This document shows, in pieces, positions 1-8,154 of a stretch of DNA of 64,000 nt; the first letter of the stretch is position 1, and the number at the start of each line of letters is the position of its first letter. This DNA comes from a virus, in the IMG/VR virus record IMGVR_UViG_3300046804_004006, positions 8,597 to 72,596 of that record; one strand, given 5' to 3'. A model generated the notes under the pieces. That model saw only the letters and a program-made list of their open reading frames with translations. It was not told the DNA's origin and did no database searches. A program made the position numbers and the translations under genes.

Positions 1-156
1 CTTTTGCTGAGAACTATCTTGGTATTGATTATGAAGACTATGTTGAAATGTTGAGTGAAATTGAACTTCCCGATGATGAGTTTGTCCTTGAAAATGGTCT
101 AAGTTTTTAATTATTATGGGAATGTGTTTGCCCTAAAGTTACACATTTGCCGTGGT

Positions 157-204
157 TCAACTACTCTTAATAAAAGCAGTGGGGCATTTATTAAGAGTAG
201 TTGA
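157..204. repeat. 18-bp perfect inverted repeat upstream of the tRNA
   Basis: TCAACTACTCTTAATAAA (157-174) / TTTATTAAGAGTAGTTGA (187-204), 12-nt loop. Confidence 0.9.
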
Positions 205-229
205 TTTAGATTCACAACCTCATGGCATT

Positions 230-300
230 GGGGAATTAGTTTAGTGGTAAAACAGGTGCTTTGCAAGCATCAATCACCAGTTCGACTCTGGTATTCTCCA
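230..300 (+). tRNA. tRNA-Ala(UGC)
   Basis: Cloverleaf: acceptor GGGGAAT/ATTCTCC with the G3:U70 Ala identity pair, D-arm GTTT-AGTGGTA-AAAC, anticodon arm GGTGC-TTTGCAA-GCATC, T-arm ACCAG-TTCGACT-CTGGT, discriminator A. No encoded CCA. Confidence 0.93.
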
Positions 301-342
301 TTGGGAATTAACCTTCCCAAACATTCACTTGAATTCTTTATT

Positions 343-528
343 ATGTCCACCAAACTGATTGCTCTTGCTGCTGAACTCGTTGACACCAACCCTGCTGCTG
401 CTCAACTGATTTCTAGTCTGGATAAAGCAGAGTCTTCTGTTGAGATTGTGGAAGCACTGGATGCTTATGATGCTGCAGTTGCTGTTGTGAATAGTGCTCA
501 ACCGACTCTGGAACCTGTTGATTTTTGA
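343..528 (+). CDS. small hypothetical protein (MSTKLIALAAE..., 61 aa)
   Basis: The track ORF 244..528 overlaps the tRNA, so ATG at 343 is the plausible start. Confidence 0.7.
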   Translation: MSTKLIALAAELVDTNPAAAQLISSLDKAESSVEIVEALDAYDAAVAVVNSAQPTLEPVDF

Positions 529-553
529 TTTTTAGTTCTTTATTTGATATATG

Positions 554-624
554 GTGTGCCACTTCTTTTAGTGGCACACTATTTTTGCGTAGGTGCTATG
601 GACCTGCTATGATTAACGGAGTTC
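554..624 (+). promoter_or_regulatory. early promoter cassette 1 (palindrome + TGnTATGAT, class C)
   Basis: GTGTGCCACT-N6-AGTGGCACAC at 554-579; TATGAT at 608 followed by TAACGGAGTTCA. Confidence 0.8.
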
Positions 625-634
625 ACAAGGAAAA

Positions 635-784
635 ATGACACTAACTTCCCTAACTTTTGAGGAGATTGATGCTCTCCTCTCTTTGATTGAATTTCACGAC
701 GATTGGGAGTTTGTGAGTGAGCGTGTTGGTACTGATCTCAATGCTATGTATGAGAAACTTAGTGAAATGAGAGATGAAGTTTGA
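635..784 (+). CDS. small acidic hypothetical protein (49 aa)
   Basis: AAGGA RBS, then MTLTSLTFEEIDALLSLIEFHDDW...; below the ORF track cutoff. Confidence 0.65.
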   Translation: MTLTSLTFEEIDALLSLIEFHDDWEFVSERVGTDLNAMYEKLSEMRDEV

Positions 785-826
785 TTGATTATATCCTGAA
801 GGTTTTTTAATTTTTAATTTCTTACT

Positions 827-2059
827 ATGCAGTTTTATCCCTACCAGCAACGTGCGATTGATGCAATCAAGCAGCACAGTAAAGGTTGTTGCTATATTCC
901 CACTGGTGGTGGTAAATCGGTTGTGATGATGCAGGATGCAAAGGACCGCATCCTTTCTGCACAACAACCTATGACTGTAGTTGTAGTCTCTCCGCGTATT
1001 CTTCTCACCAATCAACTCTGTGCAGAGTTTGAGGAATACCTGAAAGACTTTGATATTCAATATACCGAAGTTCACAGTGGAGAAACTCATAACTTCTCTA
1101 CGACCAAACCCTATGCGATTCAACAACGCAATCAGGAAGTAATCGCATCGGGTTCTCATCACTTTATCTTCACCACTTACAATTCTATTCATCGCATCAA
1201 CGAATCTCAAATTGAGGTGAATGTTGTATATTTTGATGAGGCGCACCATTGTGTGAAGAAGTCGAACTTTGTGGGTATTGCTCACACTTCGCAGAACGCA
1301 GATAACGCTTATTTCTTCACTGCAACTCCCAAAATTGATAACTCTCAACAGTCGATGAATAATACTGTTGTGTATGGACAGAAGATTATTTCTGTCCCTG
1401 CCACAGAACTGATTGCTGCTGGTAGTATCATTCCTCCTCAAGTGATCTCTTATGAGGCAGAGTCTATCCGCACAAAGGAGAACGCACACTTTGTCGATGC
1501 AGAGAATATCCTTGGTATTCTCAATGATATTGAGGATGATGTAACCCCCAAAGTTCTTGTTGCTTCTCCTAGCACCAAAGTCATTTGGAATATGTTTGCG
1601 GAGAGTGATTTGCTCAATGAACTCGAAGCAATGGGATTTGCTGTGTTTCATATCACTGCAAAACACGGTGCTTATGTAAACAAAAAGAAAGTCTCCCGTG
1701 AGAAGTTCTTTGAGTTGATGAATGAATATGGAAATGACCCTGACCAAAAGATGATCGTGTTTCATTACTCTATTCTCAGTGAGGGTATCAATGTTCACGG
1801 TTTGACGCATTGTATTATGCTTCGCAATCTGCCGTGGATTGAAATGTGCCAAACGATTGGTCGAGTTGTGCGTATGCACCGCGATGACCGTAAAGCAATT
1901 CAGGAAGGTAAGATTGCAGCGGGTAATTACCAGTTCTACAAGAAGTCCTTTGGCAAGATTGTTGTTCCTGTGAGCAACAACTATGGTGATAAGATTGCCA
2001 ATCAACTCCAGAATGTTGTTAATGCTGTCTTCGTGAAAGGGGAACTCTCTGCTACATAA
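827..2059 (+). CDS. superfamily 2 DEAD/DEAH-box helicase (ResIII-like)
   Basis: Q motif YPYQ, Walker A PTGGGKS, DEAHH, motif III TAT, motif VI QTIGRVVR. Confidence 0.9.
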   Translation: MQFYPYQQRAIDAIKQHSKGCCYIPTGGGKSVVMMQDAKDRILSAQQPMTVVVVSPRILLTNQLCAEFEEYLKDFDIQYTEVHSGETHNFSTTKPYAIQQRNQEVIASGSHHFIFTTYNSIHRINESQIEVNVVYFDEAHHCVKKSNFVGIAHTSQNADNAYFFTATPKIDNSQQSMNNTVVYGQKIISVPATELIAAGSIIPPQVISYEAESIRTKENAHFVDAENILGILNDIEDDVTPKVLVASPSTKVIWNMFAESDLLNELEAMGFAVFHITAKHGAYVNKKKVSREKFFELMNEYGNDPDQKMIVFHYSILSEGINVHGLTHCIMLRNLPWIEMCQTIGRVVRMHRDDRKAIQEGKIAAGNYQFYKKSFGKIVVPVSNNYGDKIANQLQNVVNAVFVKGELSAT

Positions 2060-2087
2060 TTTACAAATCACTTGAGACTACTGTGAG

Positions 2088-2172
2088 ACTGTGCCACTTG
2101 TAGCGGTGGCACAGTAAAGTCCCGCAGACCCCCCAGATGCCCTATAATACAGAGACACAAGCAAAGGAGACT
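2088..2172 (+). promoter_or_regulatory. early promoter cassette 2 (class A)
   Basis: ACTGTGCCAC-N8-GTGGCACAGT; TATAAT at 2143; leader ACAGAGACACAAGCAAAGGAGACT before ATG 2173. Confidence 0.85.
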
Positions 2173-2376
2173 ATGCAAACCACTCTCATTCCTAATTTTA
2201 CTTATGATGAGGAAAGTGATCTTCTTGCTGCTGCATTTCATTCTGTTGCTTATATGAAGCAACTTGCTGATGATAGTGTTGATAATAAAGATTATTGGAT
2301 GCAACGTGCAGAAAGTCTTGAAAAGGTTGCAGTTAAACTGAACGAAGAAGTTCGCAATTTCTATTACAACAAATGA
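2173..2376 (+). CDS. hypothetical protein
   Basis: AAGGAG RBS before ATG 2173; the track start at 2137 lies inside the promoter. Confidence 0.7.
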   Translation: MQTTLIPNFTYDEESDLLAAAFHSVAYMKQLADDSVDNKDYWMQRAESLEKVAVKLNEEVRNFYYNK

Positions 2377-2576
2377 CTACCATTTCATTTACATCAGGGC
2401 AGATTCTAGATATTATCTCTGCTCTTGAAGAAAAAGAAGATGCACTCTACGATGCAGATAATAAACACCTTGCTGCCTACTATATGAATATGGGGGCACA
2501 GTTCCAACGTGTTTATGATAGGTTGCAGGATGTAGTGCCTGAGAAACGTGTTGCTAACCTTGTTCTTGCTGCTTGA
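2373..2576 (+). CDS. hypothetical protein
   Basis: ORF with ATGA overlap to the upstream gene. Confidence 0.7.
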   Translation: MTTISFTSGQILDIISALEEKEDALYDADNKHLAAYYMNMGAQFQRVYDRLQDVVPEKRVANLVLAA

Positions 2577-2578
2577 TT

Positions 2579-2842
2579 ATGACTACTTCCAATCTTTCTA
2601 AAATCAAACCCAAACTCCGCACTCAAGGTGTTGTTTCTGGAAATTTTGGTAAAGCAAAAGTAAAGGCAGGTTCACCTCTGCGTGAGATTGGTGTAACCAA
2701 TGCTAAGGTAGTTAAAGTCAACACGCAAGATGAGTATTTGGGTCGTCTTTATACTGCATTTGATGCAACTGATGATGAGAAACTGAAAAAGTTCATTTAT
2801 CAACAAATTCGCAACATTCATATTCAACGGGGGACTTGGTGA
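2579..2842 (+). CDS. hypothetical basic protein
   Basis: TGATTATG junction; MTTSNLSKIKPKLRT... Confidence 0.7.
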   Translation: MTTSNLSKIKPKLRTQGVVSGNFGKAKVKAGSPLREIGVTNAKVVKVNTQDEYLGRLYTAFDATDDEKLKKFIYQQIRNIHIQRGTW

Positions 2843-3009
2843 TGACTGGAATACAAATCGAATGTGAAATCCAAAAATCAGTTAAGCAACATCTGCTTGA
2901 TTGTATGCAACGACCAGAGTATATTAACTATCCTCACTACGACCTCATAGCAGATTACACCGCAAAGATTAAAAAGATAGATGAGTTCCTAGAGGAGTTT
3001 GATAGGTGA
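2842..3009 (+). CDS. small hypothetical protein (55 aa)
   Basis: TGATG overlap; open frame MTGIQIECEIQK... ending just before the next palindrome. Confidence 0.6.
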   Translation: MTGIQIECEIQKSVKQHLLDCMQRPEYINYPHYDLIADYTAKIKKIDEFLEEFDR

Positions 3010-3092
3010 TGTGCCACTTGTTCTAGTGGCACAGTAAAAGAGCACGGGGGCACTGGATGCCCTATAATACCAAAACACAAGCAAAGGAAACC
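3010..3092 (+). promoter_or_regulatory. early promoter cassette 3 (class A)
   Basis: TGTGCCACTTGTTCTAGTGGCACA; GATGCCCTATAATAC; ACACAAGCAAAGGA. Confidence 0.85.
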
Positions 3093-3104
3093 AACTGATT
3101 GATT

Positions 3105-3362
3105 ATGACACTCACTCAAGACCAATACGATCAACTGCTCGCAAAATACTGTGAATCGCTTGTTGATGGTATGGACATGGATAGTTTGATTGAATTTGCG
3201 ATGGATCAGATTGAGATTAACATTCGACGCAATTGTTCTCTGGATGAAGAACTGATTGAAGAAATAGGTCGTTATTATGATGAGAGTGATGTTGCTTCGA
3301 TGATTGAAGATGTCGGTGCAAATCCTGCTGACTTTGGTATTAAAAACTGGTTGGATGATTGA
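3105..3362 (+). CDS. small acidic hypothetical protein
   Basis: MTLTQDQYDQLLAKYCESLVDGMD...; resembles 7069..7254. Confidence 0.7.
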   Translation: MTLTQDQYDQLLAKYCESLVDGMDMDSLIEFAMDQIEINIRRNCSLDEELIEEIGRYYDESDVASMIEDVGANPADFGIKNWLDD

Positions 3363-3364
3363 TT

Positions 3365-3544
3365 ATGACTTATAGGGAACTTCTTTCTAAACTTCAATCT
3401 TTCACAGATAATCAACTGGATAATGAAATCCTTGTGTATAACTATGAGGATAATGTATTCTTTGATGATGGAACAGAACTTCGCATTAGTGTGAATGAAG
3501 TTCCTGGTTTTATTTCTAAAGACATTCCTTATCTGGTAGTTTGA
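3365..3544 (+). CDS. hypothetical protein
   Basis: MTYRELLSKLQSFTDNQLDNEI...; TGATTATG junction. Confidence 0.7.
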   Translation: MTYRELLSKLQSFTDNQLDNEILVYNYEDNVFFDDGTELRISVNEVPGFISKDIPYLVV

Positions 3545-3546
3545 TT

Positions 3547-3810
3547 ATGTCTATCACCTCAATCGAAAGTATTTCCTTCGACGGAACATATGTAACAGTC
3601 ACTGCTGTTGTAGAAGATGTAGTCCTCACCTATACTGGAAGTTATTATGACCCACCAGAATATGGACCTGCATTGTGTAGTTCCACCTTTGAGTTGGAAG
3701 AGGATGAAACACTGCCAACTGATGATGTTGAACTATTGAAATACATTCGGTCTCGTGATTTAGATTGGGAAGTGATGGAGAGTGATTATGATTACGATGA
3801 TTATGCTTGA
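3547..3810 (+). CDS. acidic hypothetical protein (DPPEYGPALC motif)
   Basis: ORF track; the motif resembles cyanomyovirus early hypotheticals. Confidence 0.7.
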   Translation: MSITSIESISFDGTYVTVTAVVEDVVLTYTGSYYDPPEYGPALCSSTFELEEDETLPTDDVELLKYIRSRDLDWEVMESDYDYDDYA

Positions 3811-3822
3811 TTCTTGATGCCC

Positions 3823-3908
3823 TTGTGCCACTTGTTCTTGTGACACAATAAACTCCCGCAGGGGCAGCAGATGCCCTATAATACAGAGACACAAGCAAAG
3901 GAGACTAA
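3823..3908 (+). promoter_or_regulatory. early promoter cassette 4 (class A)
   Basis: TTGTGCCAC-N8-GTGACACAA; TATAAT at 3877; leader identical to cassette 2. Confidence 0.85.
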
Positions 3909-4139
3909 ATGACTGAAGCATCCCTAGTTCCTAATAGTTTTGCCCGACAGTGGATTGAAGACCATTTTGTTTGTGCTGGTGGTCAATCTGCTGCTGGTGC
4001 AAATATGGTGCAACTTGCAGAAGATGGTGTAATCTCTTGGGAAGATATTGCACGGGCATTTATCTATGATGCAGATGAAACTGCAAAGTATAATGCTTTT
4101 GTGCGTGTAGCAGAATGGCAACAATATACTCCTGTGTGA
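3909..4139 (+). CDS. hypothetical protein
   Basis: AAGGAG RBS; ORF track. Confidence 0.7.
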   Translation: MTEASLVPNSFARQWIEDHFVCAGGQSAAGANMVQLAEDGVISWEDIARAFIYDADETAKYNAFVRVAEWQQYTPV

Positions 4140-4282
4140 ATGGCAAAAACACTTACATTCAAGAAACCAAATAAAATGCGATTGATTCTCTTTTGTTTCA
4201 TTGTTGCTTTTATTTGTTCTCCAGGTGTGAGGAATCTTACAGCAAACACACTTTATACTGTCGCAGACATTATTTCTACTAA

Positions 4283-4468
4283 ATGAAAACTATGCTTGAT
4301 AAAGTCCTGATGGTTGAAGAACTGCTCAACGAGAAGCAACTTAATGCTCTTCGTGATATGCTTTTTGTGTATAAAGATTTGCAAAAAGAAGTTCATAACT
4401 ATCCTCCAGAGGATACTCTATTCACTCAATCTCAACGTGAAGTTTTCGACATTTTTGACATCAAATGA
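4283..4468 (+). CDS. hypothetical protein
   Basis: ORF track, co-oriented with neighbours. Confidence 0.65.
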   Translation: MKTMLDKVLMVEELLNEKQLNALRDMLFVYKDLQKEVHNYPPEDTLFTQSQREVFDIFDIK

Positions 4469-4665
4469 CTTTTATTGAAGGACTCATTGCATCTGGTTAT
4501 GTTTATGATGATGAAGATTATGATGGTTGTTATGTGAAACAAGATTCGGAAGGTTTCATACACTGCTATCAGGAAAATGTGGATGATGAAACTGATACTC
4601 TCTGGAATTATGTGAAGATGACTGATGATTTTGATGTAATCACAGAAAAGACCTTTATTCCTTAG
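4465..4665 (+). CDS. small acidic hypothetical protein
   Basis: ORF track, ATGA overlap. Confidence 0.65.
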   Translation: MTFIEGLIASGYVYDDEDYDGCYVKQDSEGFIHCYQENVDDETDTLWNYVKMTDDFDVITEKTFIP

Positions 4666-4670
4666 TGCGA

Positions 4671-4778
4671 TGTGCCACTTGTTCTAGTGGCACACTAAAT
4701 GAGCACAGACCCCAAAATGTGGTATTCTTAAAGGGTGGAGGGAGTAAGTCCCACCCAAGTCCCATTCTTTATTCTTTC
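4671..4778 (+). promoter_or_regulatory. early promoter cassette 5 (class B)
   Basis: TGTGCCACTTGTTCTAGTGGCACA; TGGTATTCT extended -10 (4723); G-rich leader GGGTGGAGGGAG...GTCCCATT. Confidence 0.8.
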
Positions 4779-5453
4779 ATGGACCGTCAGCAAGTTATTG
4801 CTAAAATCCAGTCTATTCTCAAACTGCAGAATGGAACTGACTTTGAGGGTGAGGCATCTGCTGCTGCACAGATGATTGATAAACTGTGCAAACAGTATGG
4901 AATCACCGTCGATGAGGCAACAGAAACTCAAGTTTATGATGAAGAGTTTTCTTCATTCAAGAGAGTTAATGCTGCACTCTCTCTGCTGCTTAATGCTGTC
5001 GCAAACTTCTATGATGCTAAAGCATACCTGAAGAATGGTGATACTAAATCACTTCAAGTCATTGGTAGTGAAGCACAACAAATTCAAGTGCGACTCTATT
5101 ATGATTACCTGGTGCAGGTGATGGAGAAAGAAGCAGAAGTTGCACATAAAGCAGAGAAAGTTCTTGCTGAAACTCTGGGCACTTCTGTTTCCCGTTCCTT
5201 CAAGTTGAACTTCCGCAAGGCATTTGCAGAAAAAGTTGCAGACCGTCTGCGTGAAATGAAAAAGGAAGAGAACCGAGTTCATGATGATGCAGAGGCAGTT
5301 GATAAGAAACTCTCCACGATGCGATTTGGACGTGCAAAACGTATGAATGGTGCAAGTGGTGCTGGTGCTTATTCTGGTGCAAACGTCGGTGCTGGTGTAT
5401 CTCTAAACCGTCAAGCATCGGGTTCTGTGACTAAACAACTCTGCGGGGTGTGA
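4779..5453 (+). CDS. DUF2786-like domain protein
   Basis: N-terminus MDRQQVIAKIQSILKL...EGEASAAAQMIDKLCKQYGI fits the DUF2786 pattern; Gly-rich C-terminus. Start corrected from 4665. Confidence 0.75.
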   Translation: MDRQQVIAKIQSILKLQNGTDFEGEASAAAQMIDKLCKQYGITVDEATETQVYDEEFSSFKRVNAALSLLLNAVANFYDAKAYLKNGDTKSLQVIGSEAQQIQVRLYYDYLVQVMEKEAEVAHKAEKVLAETLGTSVSRSFKLNFRKAFAEKVADRLREMKKEENRVHDDAEAVDKKLSTMRFGRAKRMNGASGAGAYSGANVGAGVSLNRQASGSVTKQLCGV

Positions 5454-5473
5454 GTTAATCTCACCCCTTTTTT
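5445..5473 (+). terminator. Rho-independent terminator
   Basis: GGGG(TG)TGAG-TTAAT-CTCACCCC followed by a T run. Confidence 0.7.
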
Positions 5474-5498
5474 ACTTTATTCTTTTCTCCCTACGATT

Positions 5499-5828
5499 AT
5501 GACTACTAATTTCTCTGTTGATGACTGCAAAGTTTTGTGGGTGGTAGGGGCACTCGAACGTCTTGCAACTCTGGGTGTGTTGAATAGTGATGTTCCACTC
5601 ACTCTTACACAAGATGCAATCGACGATTACATTTCGATTGATAATGACCGTCAGTATTTGTTTGAGAGTGATTTTGAGATTGCACAAATCTTTCGGGCAG
5701 TTGCAAATGTGAGTAATGAACGTGATGTTGATGAAGATGATATGTGTAGTGTGATTGAACTTCTGCTTCACTATAAGAATGACCGTGAAGAACTTGTGAA
5801 ATATGCACTCTCACAATCATTTGTGTGA
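5499..5828 (+). CDS. hypothetical protein
   Basis: ORF track. Confidence 0.7.
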   Translation: MTTNFSVDDCKVLWVVGALERLATLGVLNSDVPLTLTQDAIDDYISIDNDRQYLFESDFEIAQIFRAVANVSNERDVDEDDMCSVIELLLHYKNDREELVKYALSQSFV

Positions 5829-6031
5829 TGTGTTAGAATCATCCTATTATGGAGAATCAAAATGTTTGATGTTCAACTCACACAAGAGGAAATAAACACT
5901 ATTCTTCAAGGACTTTTTATTCTTGAAGACCAAGAATGGTTCAGGGGTCATAGTAAAACAGAACCCTTGATTGAGAAGTTTAATCAATTTCTCCCTGACA
6001 ATAATCAAGAAACTCTTTGACACTAAAGATT

Positions 6032-6352
6032 ATGAATCGTCAAGTCATCAACTATCCCGAAACTCAAGAAGAATGGGATAATCTCCCTCAAGATTTTTTT
6101 GATTATCTTAATGTTTTGGATGAGGCAAAAAGTATCAAAGCAGAACATACAAATAATCCAGTAGACCCACTCTATCCTACTTACGATTATGAGTGGGAAC
6201 TTGATGGTAAACTCTCATTGGAGACTATTCTTTATTATTGGAATCAAGTCGATAAAGAACTTCCTTCTAATGATGAAATCCTTGATGGAATCAACGAAGG
6301 ATATGCAGAGGCAGCATATGATGATTATGTAAGTTCTGCATATTCTTACTAA
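6032..6352 (+). CDS. acidic hypothetical protein
   Basis: ORF track; ATG at 6032 preferred. Confidence 0.65.
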   Translation: MNRQVINYPETQEEWDNLPQDFFDYLNVLDEAKSIKAEHTNNPVDPLYPTYDYEWELDGKLSLETILYYWNQVDKELPSNDEILDGINEGYAEAAYDDYVSSAYSY

Positions 6353-6361
6353 CAGACATCA

Positions 6362-6461
6362 TCTCAAGGTGAGTCTCTTATACTGTGTACCACTTGTTCT
6401 TGTGGCACACTAAAAGAGCACAGCGCCCAAAGGGTGCTATATTAAGAGGGTGGTGAGGGAG
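6362..6461 (+). promoter_or_regulatory. early promoter cassette 6 (class B)
   Basis: TCTCAAGGTGAGTC (6362-6375), GTGTACCAC-N8-GTGGCACAC (6385-6410), TGCTATATT, GGGTGGTGAGGGAG. Confidence 0.8.
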
Positions 6462-6553
6462 GTCCGTCAGTTTCGCACTGTCGGGTCTCTGGTCTGGAAT
6501 GTTCTTTATAGAAATCCAGACACTCACTACTTACCTTCCTTATTCTCTACAAA

Positions 6554-6895
6554 ATGGAACTGACTAATTCTTTCCCCCCTGTCGATGCTCTTGTTGAGTT
6601 TAGCAACAAGAAACTCAAAGAGTTCGATTATGTCCAATTTGGTCAAAATGGGATTAAAACTGCCGCAACTTTTGCTGCTATTGTTGTTGGTGTTGTTTCC
6701 TATGTGTGGACTGCACTGCAACTGTGGTGGGAAGATAATGGTGAAGCAACGCAAGTCAATTTTATTCGCTTTGTTGTGAATGTAATTGATTTTATCGGCG
6801 CGATTGTAACTGAAACTCCCAAAGTTTATCGTTGGGTACAACTGAATAGCAATCGCCTGATTGATTCTCTGTTCTTTCAAGTCGCCTTTAACTGA
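6554..6895 (+). CDS. predicted membrane protein
   Basis: Hydrophobic segment AATFAAIVVGVVSYVWTALQLWW. Confidence 0.7.
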   Translation: MELTNSFPPVDALVEFSNKKLKEFDYVQFGQNGIKTAATFAAIVVGVVSYVWTALQLWWEDNGEATQVNFIRFVVNVIDFIGAIVTETPKVYRWVQLNSNRLIDSLFFQVAFN

Positions 6896-6897
6896 TT

Positions 6898-7059
6898 ATG
6901 CTCTACAACATTAGAGTTGAGTTTAAGGATGGCACTGTTGATAAGTTTCAACGCAGAAGCAACATCAAACCTATTAACAGTGTAAAACTCAATGATAAGA
7001 TTGCTAATGAGATTTTTCCGCGAGAGTGGAAAGAAATCTCCTCTCAACCTGTTTATTGA
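6898..7059 (+). CDS. small hypothetical protein (53 aa)
   Basis: TGATTATG junction, MLYNIRVEFKDGTVDKFQRR... Confidence 0.6.
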   Translation: MLYNIRVEFKDGTVDKFQRRSNIKPINSVKLNDKIANEIFPREWKEISSQPVY

Positions 7060-7068
7060 TTATCGTAA

Positions 7069-7254
7069 ATGAGCACTAAAATGAACCGCGACCAACTGAC
7101 TGAAGCATACGTTGATCGTATTCTTGATAATATGAGCACCAAAGATTTGATGCGAATTGTTGGTGATCAAATGGAAGAAAACCTCAGTTCTTATAGTGAT
7201 GAAGAACTGATTAGTGAAATTACTGAATACTACCCTGAATTGCTTGGGGAGTGA
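7069..7254 (+). CDS. small acidic hypothetical protein
   Basis: MNRDQLTEAYVDRILDNMSTKDL...YSDEELISEITEYYPELL. Confidence 0.7.
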   Translation: MSTKMNRDQLTEAYVDRILDNMSTKDLMRIVGDQMEENLSSYSDEELISEITEYYPELLGE

Positions 7255-7261
7255 GAACTAA

Positions 7262-7333
7262 TGTGCCACTAATTCTTGTGGCACAATACACTCCCCAAAC
7301 GTCCACTGTCCCTGCTATGATGAACGGAGTTCA
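7262..7333 (+). promoter_or_regulatory. early promoter cassette 7 (class C)
   Basis: TGTGCCAC-N8-GTGGCACA; TGCTATGATGAACGGAGTTCA. Confidence 0.8.
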
Positions 7334-7343
7334 TCAATCAACG

Positions 7344-7547
7344 ATGCTTTTTCTCACTTATCCCGATCACGGTTGTGTTTATACTCTTTCGCAAGAGGAT
7401 GGTGATGAACTCTATTATGCTCCCATTTATTCCAATGGGAATGTAAATCTTGAGGAGTTTGCTCCTGTAGATTTGGATTCTATTGATATGGATGAGATGG
7501 AAATCTTTGATATTCGAAATCGCCTTGTGAAACTGAGTCAAGTCTAA
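7344..7547 (+). CDS. hypothetical protein
   Basis: ATG 7344 downstream of the promoter; the track start at 7251 spans the promoter. Confidence 0.65.
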   Translation: MLFLTYPDHGCVYTLSQEDGDELYYAPIYSNGNVNLEEFAPVDLDSIDMDEMEIFDIRNRLVKLSQV

Positions 7548-7591
7548 ATCCTCAGTTTCATTCTTTCACTCACTTTACTTTCTTTTTGATC

Positions 7592-8008
7592 ATGTCTGTT
7601 ACTTTCACTGTGAACTACAAAGAAATCTACGGCACCGAGACTGTTGATAAAATTGATGAACTTCTTGAGAATAATTATGCTCTGGAAGACATCCTTGAGT
7701 TTATTGATCAAAATTCAGAAGAAGACTTCCGCGACTATTATGAAGAGTATGTGACTGCTGGTGAAGATTATTCTTACGCAGCAGTCGATGCTTTTGTTGA
7801 AGAGTTTGGACTTGATTGTGTTTCCTCCTTCACCGATTCTTACCAAGGTGAGTATTCGAGTGAAGCAGAGTTTGCGGAACAGTTCTGCGATGACATGGGT
7901 TATGAAATCCCTGACTTTGTTGAAGTTGATTGGCAAGCAACTTTCGATCGCCAACTTCATTATGACTATTCCTATGTGAATGGTTATGTCTTCAACAAAA
8001 ACTTCTGA
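7592..8008 (+). CDS. ArdA-like antirestriction (DNA-mimic) protein
   Basis: Very acidic; the C-terminal YQGEYSSEAEFAEQF..EIPDFVEVDWQATFDRQL.YDY..NGYVF pattern resembles ArdA. Confidence 0.7.
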   Translation: MSVTFTVNYKEIYGTETVDKIDELLENNYALEDILEFIDQNSEEDFRDYYEEYVTAGEDYSYAAVDAFVEEFGLDCVSSFTDSYQGEYSSEAEFAEQFCDDMGYEIPDFVEVDWQATFDRQLHYDYSYVNGYVFNKNF

Positions 8009-8154
8009 TCTCAAGGTGAGTCGCTGATGCTGTGTGCCACTTGTACTGGTGGCACACTAAACGGGCACTGGCACTTTTTTATGGTAGATTAAGAGGGTGG
8101 AGGGAGCGGGTCTCACCGTCCCGCCCCGAGTCCCATTGTTTATTCTTTTTAGAA
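8009..8154 (+). promoter_or_regulatory. early promoter cassette 8 (class B)
   Basis: TCTCAAGGTGAGTC (8009-8022), GTGTGCCAC-N8-GTGGCACAC (8032-8057), TGGTAGATT, GGGTGGAGGGAG...GTCCCATT. Confidence 0.8.

Noticed and set aside
244-342. N-terminal extension of ORF 244..528
   Set aside because: Overlaps the tRNA-Ala gene; ATG 343 is the better start.
650-2071. 473-aa minus-strand ORF
   Set aside because: Antisense shadow of the + strand helicase with no recognisable motifs. The same applies to 8149..8784 and the other minus-strand track ORFs.
554-8057. Palindromes as terminators, CRISPR repeats or integron attC sites
   Set aside because: No U-tracts follow them, spacing is 0.8-1.7 kb, there are no attC R-box ends and no integrase. 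The constant distance to -10 boxes favours an operator role.
2137-8154. Track starts at 2137, 4665, 7251 and 8032
   Set aside because: They begin within promoter or palindrome sequence; downstream ATGs (2173, 4779, 7344, 8155) fit the cassette layout.
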